Below, in pieces: positions 30,197-40,930 of a DNA stretch of 64,000 bases; within the stretch, counting starts at the first letter, position 1, and every line of letters starts with the position of its first letter. Source of the stretch: Bacillales bacterium UBA1361 (GTDB taxonomy: Bacteria > Bacillota_I > Bacilli_A > RFN20 > CAG-826). The position numbers were made by a program, and so were the translations under genes. A model generated the notes under the pieces. The model worked only from the letters and a program-made list of their open reading frames with translations, had not been told where the DNA came from and searched no databases. The stretch covers positions 13,759 through 77,758 of the forward strand of contig DBRT01000030.1 in NCBI GenBank assembly GCA_002306335.1. The letters are read 5' to 3'.

Positions 30197-30523
30197 ATTT
30201 CCTTACCAGTTAGCCGTTGCTAACACTATAATTATAATAGTATAATAAAACTAATTCAAGTAATACTAATTGTTGTTAGGATAGTTTACTTGAATGAAAT
30301 AAATAATGATGAACGGAGGTGAAACATAAACATTGCAATAAATGATAAAACTAAGGATGTTAGGGAATATAAAATCCTTTTTTACTGAAATAAAAATTAA
30401 TAAATAAGCATATAAAACAATGATATGTTATTTTTAAATAAAAATAGGATAGTAAAACAGTTTATTTTTTAGGTGTTTTAAGGTATCTTTTATATGCATA
30501 CAACGGAAAGAGAGTTTGTAAAG

Positions 30524-31336
30524 ATGGTATTAATCGAAATTAAAGATCTACATGCATCCGTAAATGATATTGAAATATTACGTGGTGTTAACTTAAAAAT
30601 TAACCGTGGCGAAGTAGTGGCCTTACTTGGTCCTAATGGTCATGGCAAATCAACCTTACTACAAGTAATTATGGGTCACCCTAATTATAAAGTTACGAAA
30701 GGTGAAATTTTATATAAAGGTCAAGATGTTTTAGCAATGAGTGTTGACGAAAGAGCTAGAGCAGGGCTTTTTCTTGCAATGCAAAACCCAAGTGAGGTTC
30801 CTGGTGTACAGATTAGTGATTTCTTACGCGCCGCTATCAATACAAAACGTGAAAAACCAATTAAACCAATTGAACTTTTCCGCGTGATTGATAAAGCAAG
30901 CAAAGAAATGCAAATGCCCCACGACCTTGCCTCGCGTAATTTAAATGAAGGCTTTTCTGGCGGAGAGAAGAAGCGTCATGAAATTTTGCAAATGAAATTA
31001 TTAAAACCTGAATTTGCAATGTTAGACGAAATTGATTCGGGTCTTGATGTTGACGGAATTCGAATTGTCTCGCAACAAATAAATGAAGAGAAAAAAGATA
31101 AAACATTTCTCGTTATTAGTCACTACGCAAGACTATATGAACTTATTAATCCAACGCGCGCCATTGTAATGATTAATGGTCGAGTAGCGATTGAAGGCGA
31201 TATGGATGTCATTAAGCGCATTGACCAAGAAGGTTATGAATGGATTCAAGTAGAACACAACATTAATATTGAACGCGAAGACAAACGCCCAATTGTATTA
31301 GAAATATGTGCGGTCAATGAAAGAAGTAAACAATGA
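30524..31336 (+). CDS. sufC: Fe-S cluster assembly ATPase SufC
   Basis: Walker A GPNGHGKST, signature FSGGEKKR. ATG at 30524 (MVLIEIKDL) follows RBS GAAAGAGAG. Confidence 0.9.
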   Translation: MVLIEIKDLHASVNDIEILRGVNLKINRGEVVALLGPNGHGKSTLLQVIMGHPNYKVTKGEILYKGQDVLAMSVDERARAGLFLAMQNPSEVPGVQISDFLRAAINTKREKPIKPIELFRVIDKASKEMQMPHDLASRNLNEGFSGGEKKRHEILQMKLLKPEFAMLDEIDSGLDVDGIRIVSQQINEEKKDKTFLVISHYARLYELINPTRAIVMINGRVAIEGDMDVIKRIDQEGYEWIQVEHNINIEREDKRPIVLEICAVNERSKQ

Positions 31337-32166
31337 GTGTTTTTAAAGCGTTATTAATAAATAAAATGAATATTAATGATGACACGCTCATCTTAAGTGA
31401 AAACGATACTGTTTATCATATTTTTGACGAAAACGACTTACCTACTTCTGTGACTAAAGTTATATTAAAATCATCAAAAGACATTGATTTTGTCGTTGTA
31501 TTACGGCAAAACAAAAAGTTCATTACCTATGAACTTGCGCCATATACGCGCGGAAAAGTAATGTTTATGTGTAGTGAGGAAAATCTTAGCATTGATCGCG
31601 AAATTATTTTACTTGAAGGTGCTGAAGTTAAATTAATTATGCCTGATTTCCATAATGGTAATCGCAAGGTAAATATTGAAACGAAACTATCAGAAAGAAA
31701 AGCTAGAGCAGAATGGCATCTTGCTACTTATTCACAAAATATTGATAAGAAAGTATTTAATATCTCGTTTTCACATTTTGGAAATGAGTCATTTGCTGAT
31801 ATGCATAACTACGGTGTAGTACTTAATGCATCAACTCTTATATTTACAGGTGAATCAACAATTTTTGAAAATGTGAAGGGCGCGGAAACCCATCAAACCG
31901 CACGCATTATTGTTTTTGACGAAAATAGCCATGCAGAGGCTAATCCAATTTTGAATATTTATCATAATGATGTCGTCGCTGCAAGTCACGCCGCTACTGT
32001 CGGACAAGTAAATGCTGAACATCTTTATTACTTAAAGTCCCGCGGACTTACAGAAAAAGAAGCTAAACTTTTAATTACAAAAGGTTACCTGATGCCGATA
32101 TTAAATTATATTGAAGATAAAGTTTTAAAAGAGAACTGCATTACTATGCTTGAGAGGGTATTATAA
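31333..32166 (+). CDS. sufD: Fe-S cluster assembly protein SufD (short form)
   Basis: 277 aa with the C-terminal beta-helix and HAATVGQVNAEHLYYLKSRG motif. Overlaps the sufC stop. Confidence 0.7.
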   Translation: MSVFKALLINKMNINDDTLILSENDTVYHIFDENDLPTSVTKVILKSSKDIDFVVVLRQNKKFITYELAPYTRGKVMFMCSEENLSIDREIILLEGAEVKLIMPDFHNGNRKVNIETKLSERKARAEWHLATYSQNIDKKVFNISFSHFGNESFADMHNYGVVLNASTLIFTGESTIFENVKGAETHQTARIIVFDENSHAEANPILNIYHNDVVAASHAATVGQVNAEHLYYLKSRGLTEKEAKLLITKGYLMPILNYIEDKVLKENCITMLERVL

Positions 32167-33380
32167 TGTACGACGTTTATAAAATTAGAAAAGATTTTCC
32201 GGTTTTTGATAATAACAAAACAATATATTTAGATAACGCTGCAACAACATATAAACCACAAGTTGTAATCGATGCAGTGACTAATTATTTATCAAAAGAA
32301 ACCGCTAATAGTGGGCGCGGCGATTATCAAAATGCTTATTTAGTCGATAAAAGAGTTGATGAAACGCGCGCTTTAATTCATAAATTTATTAATAGTAAAC
32401 ATGTGCAAGAAGTTGTTTTTACCCAAGGGACAACGGCCTCATTAAATATGGTTGCTAAGTGTTATGGTGAGAAGTTCTTAAAAGAGGGTGACGAAATATT
32501 ATTATCAATTGCTGAACACGCATCTAACACCTTACCCTGGATGCAAGTGGCCAAAAAAACTGGTGCTAAAATCGTCTATATGCCACTTAGTGAAGACGGG
32601 AAAGTCACTCCAGAAATTGTCGAAAAATATATGACAGAACATACAAAAGTTGTCAGTGTACTTCATGTTAGCAATGTTTTAGGTCATGTTCATGGTATTA
32701 AACAAATTGCGAAAATAGTGCATGATAAGGGCGCTATTATTGTTTTAGATGGTGCGCAAAGCGTCCCGCATATGAAAGTTGATGTTCAAGACTTAGATGT
32801 TGACTTTTTAGCGTTTAGCGGACATAAAATGTTAGCGCCAACAGGTATCGGTGTACTTTATGGTAAAAAAGAATTATTAGAAAAGATGGATCCTTACCAA
32901 ACGGGCGGGGGCATGAATTTTAGTTATGATAAAGAAGGGAATTATGAATTATTTAAAGTCCCACTTAAGTTTGAAGCAGGCACATTAAACATCGAGGCGA
33001 TTTATGGCTTACATGCCGCGATTGAATATATTAATAAGATTGGTATTGAAAATATTAGTAAACATGAACATAAGTTAAGAACATATGCTGTTTCTAAATT
33101 AAAAGAAATGGATCATATTATTTTATATAACGAAAATGCTGAAACTGGTATTATTACTTTCAATGTTAAAAATGTGTTTGCACAAGATGTTGCTACATAT
33201 TTTAATAGTAAGAATATTGCCGTTCGTAGTGGAGAACATTGCGCTAAATTGCTGAAAGAACATTTACGCGAAGTGGCAACTGTACGTGCAAGTTTATATT
33301 TGTATACGACAAAAGAAGAAATTGATGCCTTTGTTGAGGCAGCTAGAACAGCGGAGAATTATTTAGATGCCTATTTTTAA
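32166..33380 (+). CDS. sufS: cysteine desulfurase SufS
   Basis: PLP lysine SGHKMLAPTG and active-site Cys in RSGEHCA. 404 aa. Confidence 0.9.
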   Translation: MYDVYKIRKDFPVFDNNKTIYLDNAATTYKPQVVIDAVTNYLSKETANSGRGDYQNAYLVDKRVDETRALIHKFINSKHVQEVVFTQGTTASLNMVAKCYGEKFLKEGDEILLSIAEHASNTLPWMQVAKKTGAKIVYMPLSEDGKVTPEIVEKYMTEHTKVVSVLHVSNVLGHVHGIKQIAKIVHDKGAIIVLDGAQSVPHMKVDVQDLDVDFLAFSGHKMLAPTGIGVLYGKKELLEKMDPYQTGGGMNFSYDKEGNYELFKVPLKFEAGTLNIEAIYGLHAAIEYINKIGIENISKHEHKLRTYAVSKLKEMDHIILYNENAETGIITFNVKNVFAQDVATYFNSKNIAVRSGEHCAKLLKEHLREVATVRASLYLYTTKEEIDAFVEAARTAENYLDAYF

Positions 33381-33822
33381 TAACGAGCTTATGCGGGCGA
33401 CAATTTTAACGCATTATGAAAACCCTTATCACAAGGAAACCCCGCAAAATGCGGATGAATTTATGCAAATTCACCTTACTTCCAGTGGTTGTATAGATAA
33501 TTTAACACTTTATTTAAAAGTTAAAGACAATAAAGTTATCACAGGATATTTTGATGGATTTGGTTGCACTATTTCGATTGCCTCTACCTCAATCCTCCTT
33601 GAAATGATTGAAGGAATGAATGTTGATGCTGTCTTGAAAATAATTGCGGAATACAAAAAAATGCTCAACAGCGAACCTTATGACATAGATATTCTTAATG
33701 AAGCAATTGTATTTGCAAATACAGTCCGGCAACCAAGTCGCATTCGCTGTGCCACAATTGGGTGGGACGGGATTGCTGAATTAATTACAAAACATAAAGA
33801 GGAGGAAAATCACAATGACTAG
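33367..33822 (+). CDS. sufU: SufU/IscU-like sulfur acceptor scaffold
   Basis: Three conserved Cys (SSGC, GFGCTIS, RIRCAT). The true start may be ATG at 33391. Confidence 0.8.
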   Translation: MPIFNNELMRATILTHYENPYHKETPQNADEFMQIHLTSSGCIDNLTLYLKVKDNKVITGYFDGFGCTISIASTSILLEMIEGMNVDAVLKIIAEYKKMLNSEPYDIDILNEAIVFANTVRQPSRIRCATIGWDGIAELITKHKEEENHND

Positions 33823-35215
33823 TGCTGATGAATTAAAATTTGGTACTTATGCTTATGGTTTCTCCGATGACCAAGAATCAATTGCTAGTACTAGTATTGG
33901 TATTAACGAAGATGTTGTTCGGCAAATATCTGCCTTTAAAAAAGAACCAGAATGGATGCTTGAGTTTCGACTTAAATCACTTCGCGCGTTTGAATTAATG
34001 AAAAACCCTAAATTTGGACCATCTTTAAAAGATCTCGATTTTGATTCTTATACTTATTTTAACCGTGTTGTAAAAGATGAGGCACGCTCGTGGGACGATG
34101 TTCCGGACACGATTAAAGAAACTTTTGAAAAGTTAGGTATTCCTGAAGCTGAGCGTAAATTTCTCGCTGGTGTGGCGACGCAATATGATTCCGAAGTTGT
34201 TTACGCTAGTATGATTAGTGAATTTAAAGAAAAGGGTGTGATTTTTTCATCAACTGATGAGGCACTTAAAGAACATCCTGAGATATTTAAAAAATATTTT
34301 AATACCGTTGTTAAATATACCGATAATAAATATACAGCCTTAAATGGGGCTGTATGGAGCGGTGGTTCATTTATTTATGTGCCAAAAGGTGTGGAACTAG
34401 ATAAACCACTCCAAAGTTACTTTAGACTTAATGCGGCAAAGATGGGTCAATTTGAAAGAACATTAATTATTGTCGATGAAGGGGCAAGTGTTCATTATGT
34501 TGAGGGTTGTACTGCTCCAGTTTATAGTGAAGACTCATTACACGCTGCTGTTGTTGAAATTATTGTACATAAAGACGCTAAATGTCGCTACACTACGATT
34601 CAAAACTGGTCAAATAACATTATTAATCTCGTTACAAAAAGAGCAGATGTTTATGAAAACGGACAGATGGAATGGATTGATGGGAATATTGGTAGCTCTA
34701 TTAATATGAAGTATCCTGCTTGTATCTTACGCGGTGAAGGAGCACGCGGCACAACAATTTCGATTGCTGTTGCAGGGAAAGGTCAATATCAAGATGCAGG
34801 TGCAAGAATGATTCACTTAGCACCAAATACATCAAGTACCATTATTTCTAAATCAGTCGTACATAGTGGCGGCACGGCAAATTATCGCGGTTTAGTGCGA
34901 CATACAAAAAATGCTCCTAATTCACAAACACATATTGAATGTGACACTTTAATACTAGACGGGATATCAAAAAGTGACACAATTCCTACTAATGAAATAC
35001 ATAACAACGAGTCATTTATTGAACACGAAGCAACGGTAAGTAAAATTAGTGAAGAACAGTTATTTTATTTAATGAGTCGCGGTTTAAGTGAAGAAGACGC
35101 AACGCAAATGATTATTATGGGCTTTATTGAACCATTCTCTCGTGAATTACCGATGGAATATGCTGTGGAATTGAATCGTCTGATTAAACTAGACATGGAA
35201 GGCTCACTTGGTTAA
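33815..35215 (+). CDS. sufB: Fe-S cluster assembly protein SufB
   Basis: 466 aa, SufB family conservation throughout. Last gene of the suf operon. Confidence 0.9.
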   Translation: MTSADELKFGTYAYGFSDDQESIASTSIGINEDVVRQISAFKKEPEWMLEFRLKSLRAFELMKNPKFGPSLKDLDFDSYTYFNRVVKDEARSWDDVPDTIKETFEKLGIPEAERKFLAGVATQYDSEVVYASMISEFKEKGVIFSSTDEALKEHPEIFKKYFNTVVKYTDNKYTALNGAVWSGGSFIYVPKGVELDKPLQSYFRLNAAKMGQFERTLIIVDEGASVHYVEGCTAPVYSEDSLHAAVVEIIVHKDAKCRYTTIQNWSNNIINLVTKRADVYENGQMEWIDGNIGSSINMKYPACILRGEGARGTTISIAVAGKGQYQDAGARMIHLAPNTSSTIISKSVVHSGGTANYRGLVRHTKNAPNSQTHIECDTLILDGISKSDTIPTNEIHNNESFIEHEATVSKISEEQLFYLMSRGLSEEDATQMIIMGFIEPFSRELPMEYAVELNRLIKLDMEGSLG

Positions 35216-37098
35216 TGAAGTTTGATTATGACATAATCGTCGTTGGCGGTGGTCACGCTGGGGTTGAAGCTGCGCTAGCTAGTGCCCATATGGGTAAAAA
35301 CACCCTGCTTTTAACAATGGACATTAAAAAAATTGCCAATATGCCATGTAATCCTAATATTGGTGGTAGCGCTAAAGGGATTGTGGTGCGTGAAGTTGAC
35401 GCGCTTGGCGGGATGATGGGTATTTTTGCTGATCACGATCCACTACAAATTAAAATTTTAAATACTGGTAAGGGTCCTGGTGTCCGTTGTTTAAGAGCAC
35501 AAGAAGATAAAGTTGGTTATCCACGTTATGTCCAAAGCATTGTGCTAAATACTCCAAATTTAACTGTAAAAGAAGCAATGGTAGTTTCGGTCATTCATGA
35601 CACAGAAAAAGTGTATGGGGTCCGCTTGGAAAACGATGAAGAAATATTGGCAAAGGCAACAATATTAACAACTGGAACATACATGGAATCAACAATTTTA
35701 GTTGGTCACACTGTTAAAGAAATTGGTCCAGAAGGAGACCGTTCTAGTAAAGGTTTATCGCCGTATTTGGAGAAAATGGGGCTTAAAATCTTTAGACTTA
35801 AAACTGGAACACCAGCGCGACTTAAAAAAGATACGATTGATTATAGTGTGATGGTTGAAGAACCAGGGATGGAAGGCTACTTAAATTTTTCCTATATGAG
35901 TGAGCGCTATCACACCCTTGAAGAACAGGTGCTCTGCCACTTACTCTACACTACACCTGAAACGCACGCAATTATTAATGAACATTTAGGTGATTCCGCG
36001 ATGTATAGCGGGCTTGTAACAGGAACGGGTGCTAGATATTGTCCAAGCATTGAAGATAAAATTGTGCGCTTTAGTGATAAAGAACGTCATCAATTATTCA
36101 TCGAACCAGAATCACGTTACACTGATTCAATGTATTTACAAGGATTAAGTACTTCAATGCCAGTTGAAGTTCAAGAAAAAATGATTCGCAGTCTAAAAGG
36201 TTTAGAAAATGTAGAAATATTAAAATATGGTTATGCGATTGAATATGATGCAATTGATCCACTTGAACTTAAACCAACACTAGAACTTAAAAAGTGGGAT
36301 AACTTATATTGCGCTGGTCAAATTATTGGCACAAGTGGATACGAAGAAGCAGCGGGACTTGGTCTTTTAGCAGGAATTAATGCTGTGTTGAAAATAGATA
36401 ATAAGCCACCCTTAATTTTGAAAAGAGATGAGGCCTACATTGGTGTTATGATTGATGACTTAGTGACAAAAGGCACTGAAGAGCCATATCGTTTATTATC
36501 AAGTAGATCTGAATACCGCTTACTCTTAAGACATGATAACGCTGATTCGCGCCTTACCGAAATTGGGCGACAAGTTGGCTTAGTAAAAGATGATCGTTAT
36601 GCGAAGTTTTTAAAAAGTCAAAAAGCCATAGCGGATGCTCGAGCAATTTTAGAAACAACACAAGTAAGCGCGGATATTCCTGTCGTTGAATTTCTCGAAA
36701 GTGTTGGTTATCCTAATTATTCGGGCGGATTAACCATTGCTGAACTTATTAAAAGACCGCGAGTTACACTAGATGATTTATTAGAGCTTTTAGGACACTT
36801 AACACTTGAGGGTCTTAACCACAATGATTTATTTCAACTAGAAACTGATATAAAATATGAAGGATATATTAATAAGCAACGCCAAGAAGCAAAGCGTTTA
36901 AAGAAGCTTGAAGAAGTAGAAATTCCTGCTTCTTTCACTTATGATGATTTAGATGGTTTGCGGATCGAAGCGCGGCAGCGCTTAGCTAAAGTTAAACCAC
37001 TTACAATTGGTCAAGCTAAACGTATTAGTGGTGTTAATCCTAACGATATTATTATATTAATGACATATTTGAGGAGGTATGGTAAAAATGAAAAATAA
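35215..37098 (+). CDS. mnmG: tRNA uridine 5-carboxymethylaminomethyl modification enzyme MnmG (GidA)
   Basis: FAD motif DIIVVGGGHAGVEAA. 627 aa. Confidence 0.95.
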   Translation: MKFDYDIIVVGGGHAGVEAALASAHMGKNTLLLTMDIKKIANMPCNPNIGGSAKGIVVREVDALGGMMGIFADHDPLQIKILNTGKGPGVRCLRAQEDKVGYPRYVQSIVLNTPNLTVKEAMVVSVIHDTEKVYGVRLENDEEILAKATILTTGTYMESTILVGHTVKEIGPEGDRSSKGLSPYLEKMGLKIFRLKTGTPARLKKDTIDYSVMVEEPGMEGYLNFSYMSERYHTLEEQVLCHLLYTTPETHAIINEHLGDSAMYSGLVTGTGARYCPSIEDKIVRFSDKERHQLFIEPESRYTDSMYLQGLSTSMPVEVQEKMIRSLKGLENVEILKYGYAIEYDAIDPLELKPTLELKKWDNLYCAGQIIGTSGYEEAAGLGLLAGINAVLKIDNKPPLILKRDEAYIGVMIDDLVTKGTEEPYRLLSSRSEYRLLLRHDNADSRLTEIGRQVGLVKDDRYAKFLKSQKAIADARAILETTQVSADIPVVEFLESVGYPNYSGGLTIAELIKRPRVTLDDLLELLGHLTLEGLNHNDLFQLETDIKYEGYINKQRQEAKRLKKLEEVEIPASFTYDDLDGLRIEARQRLAKVKPLTIGQAKRISGVNPNDIIILMTYLRRYGKNEK

Positions 37099-37789
37099 CC
37101 CATTTTTGCAGTACTTAGAAGAGCATTTTAGCGAAAATGCTGAAGTGTTAAAAGTGCAATTTGCAAAGTATGCTGCACTTATCGAGGAGCATAATAAGGT
37201 ACAAAATTTAACCGCAATTGCCCCAAGCGAATATGAAGAAAAGCATTTTTTAGATTGCTTATTACTTCGCGAAACATATAATTTCCGCAATGAAACATTA
37301 TTAGATATCGGTAGTGGTGCAGGGTTTCCAGGAGTTGTGTTAGCGATTGCTTATCCTGAATTACAAATAACTTTACTTGAACCAATTAAAAAGCGTTGTA
37401 ATTTCTTAAATACTGTCGTTAAAGAATTAGAACTTACAAATGTTGAAGTTGTTAATGAACGTGCGGAAGATTATGCCGCAAGTAAACGCGGTGAATATGA
37501 TTTAGTCACAAGTCGCGCTGTGTCTTCGCTAAGTATAATGCTTGAACTAAGCGTACCGTTTTTACGCATCAATGGCAGTGCTTTGATGATGAAGGGGCGA
37601 AATTATAATGCTGAATTAAGTGACGCTGAAAATGCAATTTACATCCTTAAAGTTGAAGTTGGAAAAACAGATTTACATTTCTTACCAAGTGACGGTAGTA
37701 TGCGGGTCAACGCTCGCTTTATTAAAAAGGGAAGTACTCCTAAAAAATATCCGCGTCCATTCGCACAAATTAAGAAAAATCCACTTTAA
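37088..37789 (+). CDS. rsmG: 16S rRNA m7G527 methyltransferase RsmG (GidB)
   Basis: SAM motif LDIGSGAGFPG. ATG at 37088 follows AGGAGG. Confidence 0.85.
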   Translation: MKNNPFLQYLEEHFSENAEVLKVQFAKYAALIEEHNKVQNLTAIAPSEYEEKHFLDCLLLRETYNFRNETLLDIGSGAGFPGVVLAIAYPELQITLLEPIKKRCNFLNTVVKELELTNVEVVNERAEDYAASKRGEYDLVTSRAVSSLSIMLELSVPFLRINGSALMMKGRNYNAELSDAENAIYILKVEVGKTDLHFLPSDGSMRVNARFIKKGSTPKKYPRPFAQIKKNPL

Positions 37790-37822
37790 AGTATATTTGA
37801 TATACTTATTACAAGGAATAGT

Positions 37823-38602
37823 ATGGCTAAAATCATCGCAATTGCAAATCAGAAGGGCGGTGTTGGCAAAACAACGACCGCAATTAATTTAAGTGCCTCT
37901 TTTGCACATTTTGGGCGCAAGGTACTTTTAATTGATATGGACCCGCAAGGCAATAGTAGCCGTGGGCTTGGGCTTGATCCTGCGACGATTAAAAATACGA
38001 TTTATCATACTTTTTTCAAGGGCATTAATATTAATAAAGCTATTTATCGCACACCACTAAAAAGTTTAGATATTATTGGCGCTAATCTTTTTCTGGCGCG
38101 GACTGATGTGGAAATTAGCACGATTCCGCAACACCCGTTTACCGTTTTACAATCAAAAATTAAAGAAATTGATCGCCGTTATGATTATATATTTATTGAT
38201 TGCCCGCCTTCACTTGGACTATTAAGTACTAATGCTTTAGTGGCGGCTAATAGTGTAATTATTCCTGTGCAATGTGAATATTTTGCGCTTGAGGCTGTTG
38301 CCCAAGTTTTAGCGACGATTAAACAAGTTCAAGCCTCACATAATTCGGAACTGAAAATAGAAGGTTTTCTGTTAACGATGTATGACGAAAGAACTAGACT
38401 AGGAATTGAAATTAGCCAACAAATTAGAGGTTTATTTAAAGAATCAACATTTATGACACCAATCCCGCGGAATATCGCTCTAGCGGAAGCAAGTGCTAAA
38501 ATGCTGCCAACCATTTTATATAAACCGACTTCGAAAGGTTCATTAGCCTACTTAAATGTAGCTAAGGAGATTATGGAGAATGAAGAACGAGCCGAAGAAT
38601 AA
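37823..38602 (+). CDS. parA: chromosome partitioning ATPase ParA/Soj
   Basis: Deviant Walker A KGGVGKTT. 259 aa. Confidence 0.85.
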   Translation: MAKIIAIANQKGGVGKTTTAINLSASFAHFGRKVLLIDMDPQGNSSRGLGLDPATIKNTIYHTFFKGININKAIYRTPLKSLDIIGANLFLARTDVEISTIPQHPFTVLQSKIKEIDRRYDYIFIDCPPSLGLLSTNALVAANSVIIPVQCEYFALEAVAQVLATIKQVQASHNSELKIEGFLLTMYDERTRLGIEISQQIRGLFKESTFMTPIPRNIALAEASAKMLPTILYKPTSKGSLAYLNVAKEIMENEERAEE

Positions 38603-39386
38603 TTTGTTAAAAGAACACCTTTCAGATTTAATTTCTAAATATTCGCAATCAAATGTTTTAGAAGAACTTGCGAAAGCACATACGAATCGGCCGATTCAAA
38701 TGTTGCCGATTGATTTAATAGTAGACAATAATTTTATTAAAAAGATTACTTTGTCCCGTAAAAAAATTGCGCGCTTTGTTGAAAATTATCAGCGTAATAT
38801 TTTACTAGAACCACTCGTGGTTAGAGCAAAAGGTGATAAGTACGAAGTAATTATTGGACGCCGGCGTCTAGCGGCAGCAAGACTTACAGAAATCCAAGAA
38901 ATTCCCGTCATCGTTATGAATTATAATGATGAAGAAACCTTATTAATTTTATTGGCGAAAGCGCGTGATCAACTTGGTACTAATGTTTTAGAATTAGCGT
39001 ATATCTTTAGTGTTTTATCGACAAAACACGGCTATTCTCACCAAGCACTTGCGGATTTAACATTCAGAAGCAGGTCGCAGGTTACAAATATTTTACGACT
39101 TTTAAAGCTTGAGCCAGAAGTTATTCGTGCGCTTAATAACGAGCAAATAACTTTTGGACATGCACGGGCTTTAATCTCATTTGATCGCGAAAAAAGTCTT
39201 GAATATTTAGAATTAATTCGTGTTAATAATCTCTCTGTCCGTGAATTAGAAGCCTTAATAAAAGCACCAAATACTGCGACATATAATGGTAAGGATTATT
39301 TTGTTATTCAAATGAAAAATAAATTAACAATTGTGTTTAATACCGAAGAAGAAGCACTAGCGTTTAAAAACAAACATTTTAAATAA
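38580..39386 (+). CDS. parB: ParB/Spo0J-like partition protein
   Basis: ParB N-terminal box GRRRLAAA and an HTH region. 268 aa. Overlaps the parA end. Confidence 0.7.
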   Translation: MKNEPKNNLLKEHLSDLISKYSQSNVLEELAKAHTNRPIQMLPIDLIVDNNFIKKITLSRKKIARFVENYQRNILLEPLVVRAKGDKYEVIIGRRRLAAARLTEIQEIPVIVMNYNDEETLLILLAKARDQLGTNVLELAYIFSVLSTKHGYSHQALADLTFRSRSQVTNILRLLKLEPEVIRALNNEQITFGHARALISFDREKSLEYLELIRVNNLSVRELEALIKAPNTATYNGKDYFVIQMKNKLTIVFNTEEEALAFKNKHFK

Positions 39387-39395
39387 TCATTTATC

Positions 39396-39424
39396 TTGAA
39401 TTTATTACCGATAACTACTATTAT
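39396..39424 (+). promoter_or_regulatory. putative promoter of the FMN riboswitch-ribU transcript
   Basis: TTGAAT, 17-nt spacer, TATTAT. Confidence 0.45.
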
Positions 39425-39429
39425 AAAAG

Positions 39430-39576
39430 TACTTCAGGGCGGGGTGAAAGTCCCCACCGGCGGTATACCCCGCGAGCGCAAGCTGAACTAGTGAAATTCT
39501 AGTGGCGACAGTTAAAGTCTGGATGGAAGAAGTTGTTTCTTTTATGTGTAGCCCTGAATAGAGAGGGCTATTTTTT
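39430..39576 (+). promoter_or_regulatory. FMN riboswitch (RFN element) with terminator/RBS-sequestering expression platform
   Basis: Aptamer core CUUCAGGGCGGGGUGAAAGUCCCCACCGGCGGUA...GCGACAGUUAAAGUCUGGAUGGAAGAAG closely matches the B. subtilis ribD leader. Hairpin 39549-39570 (TAGCCCT/AGGGCTA) followed by UUUUUU, then ATG. Confidence 0.85.
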
Positions 39577-40236
39577 ATGGAAAAAGAGAAAAATTACACC
39601 AATTGTCAAAATGATAATTTAGAAACTAATGCACAACAAAAATGTAAACGCAGAAGAACAGTTACTGTCGCTGGTACGGCAATATTTGCCGCTATTTCAG
39701 TCTTACTTTATATTACTAAAGTTCCCCCGTTTGTGTTCCCAATTTTCCCGCTTGTTAATTTTTTAGAAATTAATTTTAGTGAAATTCCTGCACTTATTGC
39801 CGGCTTTGCTTACGGGCCTTTAAGCGGATTCCTTGTGTTATTAGTGAGGTTTCTAGTAAAACTACCGATGTCATCAACTGCAATGGTCGGTGAAGTCGCT
39901 GATATTATATATTCATCGAGCTTTGTCCTTACTGCCACAATCATATATAAATATCGGCGGACTTTCAAAGGGGCGCTTATTGGTTTAGGCATCGCCTTTA
40001 TTGCGCAAATTTTAGTTAGCAGTCTTGCCAATTACTTCGTTATTTATCATCTTTACAATGAAATGTTTTTTAACGGTAAAATGGCAATGATTTTAAGTAA
40101 TAAATATGGGGCTTTTACACCAGAGCAATTTATTTTATGGGTCATCCCTTTTAATATTATTAAAAATACAATTATCGGCGGACTAACACTCGTTGTATAT
40201 AAACGAATTAGTCGCTTTATAAATCAGTTTTATTAG
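39577..40236 (+). CDS. ribU: riboflavin transporter RibU (ECF-type S component)
   Basis: 219 aa with six TM helices. Directly downstream of the FMN riboswitch. Confidence 0.7.
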   Translation: MEKEKNYTNCQNDNLETNAQQKCKRRRTVTVAGTAIFAAISVLLYITKVPPFVFPIFPLVNFLEINFSEIPALIAGFAYGPLSGFLVLLVRFLVKLPMSSTAMVGEVADIIYSSSFVLTATIIYKYRRTFKGALIGLGIAFIAQILVSSLANYFVIYHLYNEMFFNGKMAMILSNKYGAFTPEQFILWVIPFNIIKNTIIGGLTLVVYKRISRFINQFY

Positions 40237-40239
40237 CAT

Positions 40240-40278
40240 AAAAAAACCAGCACCCGAAGTGGCTGCTGGTATTTTTTT
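40240..40278. terminator. bidirectional rho-independent terminator between ribU and ferredoxin
   Basis: A-tract, then stem ACCAGCA/TGCTGGT, then T-tract. Confidence 0.6.
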
Positions 40279-40290
40279 AATTCTCTTAAC

Positions 40291-40485
40291 TTATTCGACG
40301 GTGATTGCACCAGTTGGACACGAAGCTTCGGCTTCAGCTGCAGCATCTTCTAAATCTGCTGGAACTTCTTCAACGAGAGCTTTGAGTTTTCCGTCATCAT
40401 CCCAATCGAAAAGGGAAGGACAAACTGCGTTACAAACGCCACAACTAATACATAAATCTTTATCGAGTTTAACTTTTTTTGCCAT
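40291..40485 (-). CDS. fer: 4Fe-4S ferredoxin (small, single cluster)
   Basis: 64 aa with CISCGVCNAVCP and a distal CP. RBS GGAGG 8 nt upstream of ATG. The ORF track's longer 79 aa form is unlikely. Confidence 0.8.
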   Translation of the reverse strand: MAKKVKLDKDLCISCGVCNAVCPSLFDWDDDGKLKALVEEVPADLEDAAAEAEASCPTGAITVE

Positions 40486-40609
40486 AATTTCCTCCTGATG
40501 AATAATATTATAACTATTTGAGAGTATCAATTCAAATCATATTGGAAACGATAATTATAAAATTGTCGTGTAAGCATTTTATGTTTATTTATATTATTAT
40601 AAATACAGT

Positions 40610-40930
40610 ATGGCAAAGCGCAGAGAAAGTAAAACGAGAGTAGAGTACTGGGCAAAATATCGTGAGAGTATTACGAATGATTTTGAAGTTGAACAAAAAA
40701 TGCGTGAATCACGGAAAAAACAAGCTGAAAATACTCCTATTAAAAAGACTGAAACACCACCGCTGACAAAGGCTGAAGCTTTACTTAGTGAATATGAAAG
40801 GAAAAATGAAAATAAAGAAAGCGCAGTAAAAAAAGGACCAATAGGCATATTATATGGGCTAGCTATTATCGTATTGCTCCTTATTATTGCTGGTATTATT
40901 TTCATGATTTTAATATATGGGAATAAATAA
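40610..40930 (+). CDS. hypothetical protein with charged N-terminal region and C-terminal TM anchor
   Basis: 106 aa. Overlaps the cmk start by 14 nt. Confidence 0.4.
   Translation: MAKRRESKTRVEYWAKYRESITNDFEVEQKMRESRKKQAENTPIKKTETPPLTKAEALLSEYERKNENKESAVKKGPIGILYGLAIIVLLLIIAGIIFMILIYGNK

Noticed and set aside
30494-30523. Longer SufC N-terminus (MHTTEREFVK)
   Set aside because: SufC homologs begin at the MVLIEIKDL-type sequence, and the internal ATG at 30524 has its own RBS.
37790-39386. Searched for a parS site (TGTTTCACGTGAAACA-like) around parAB
   Set aside because: No match within one or two mismatches was spotted by eye. A scan with a proper tool is needed.
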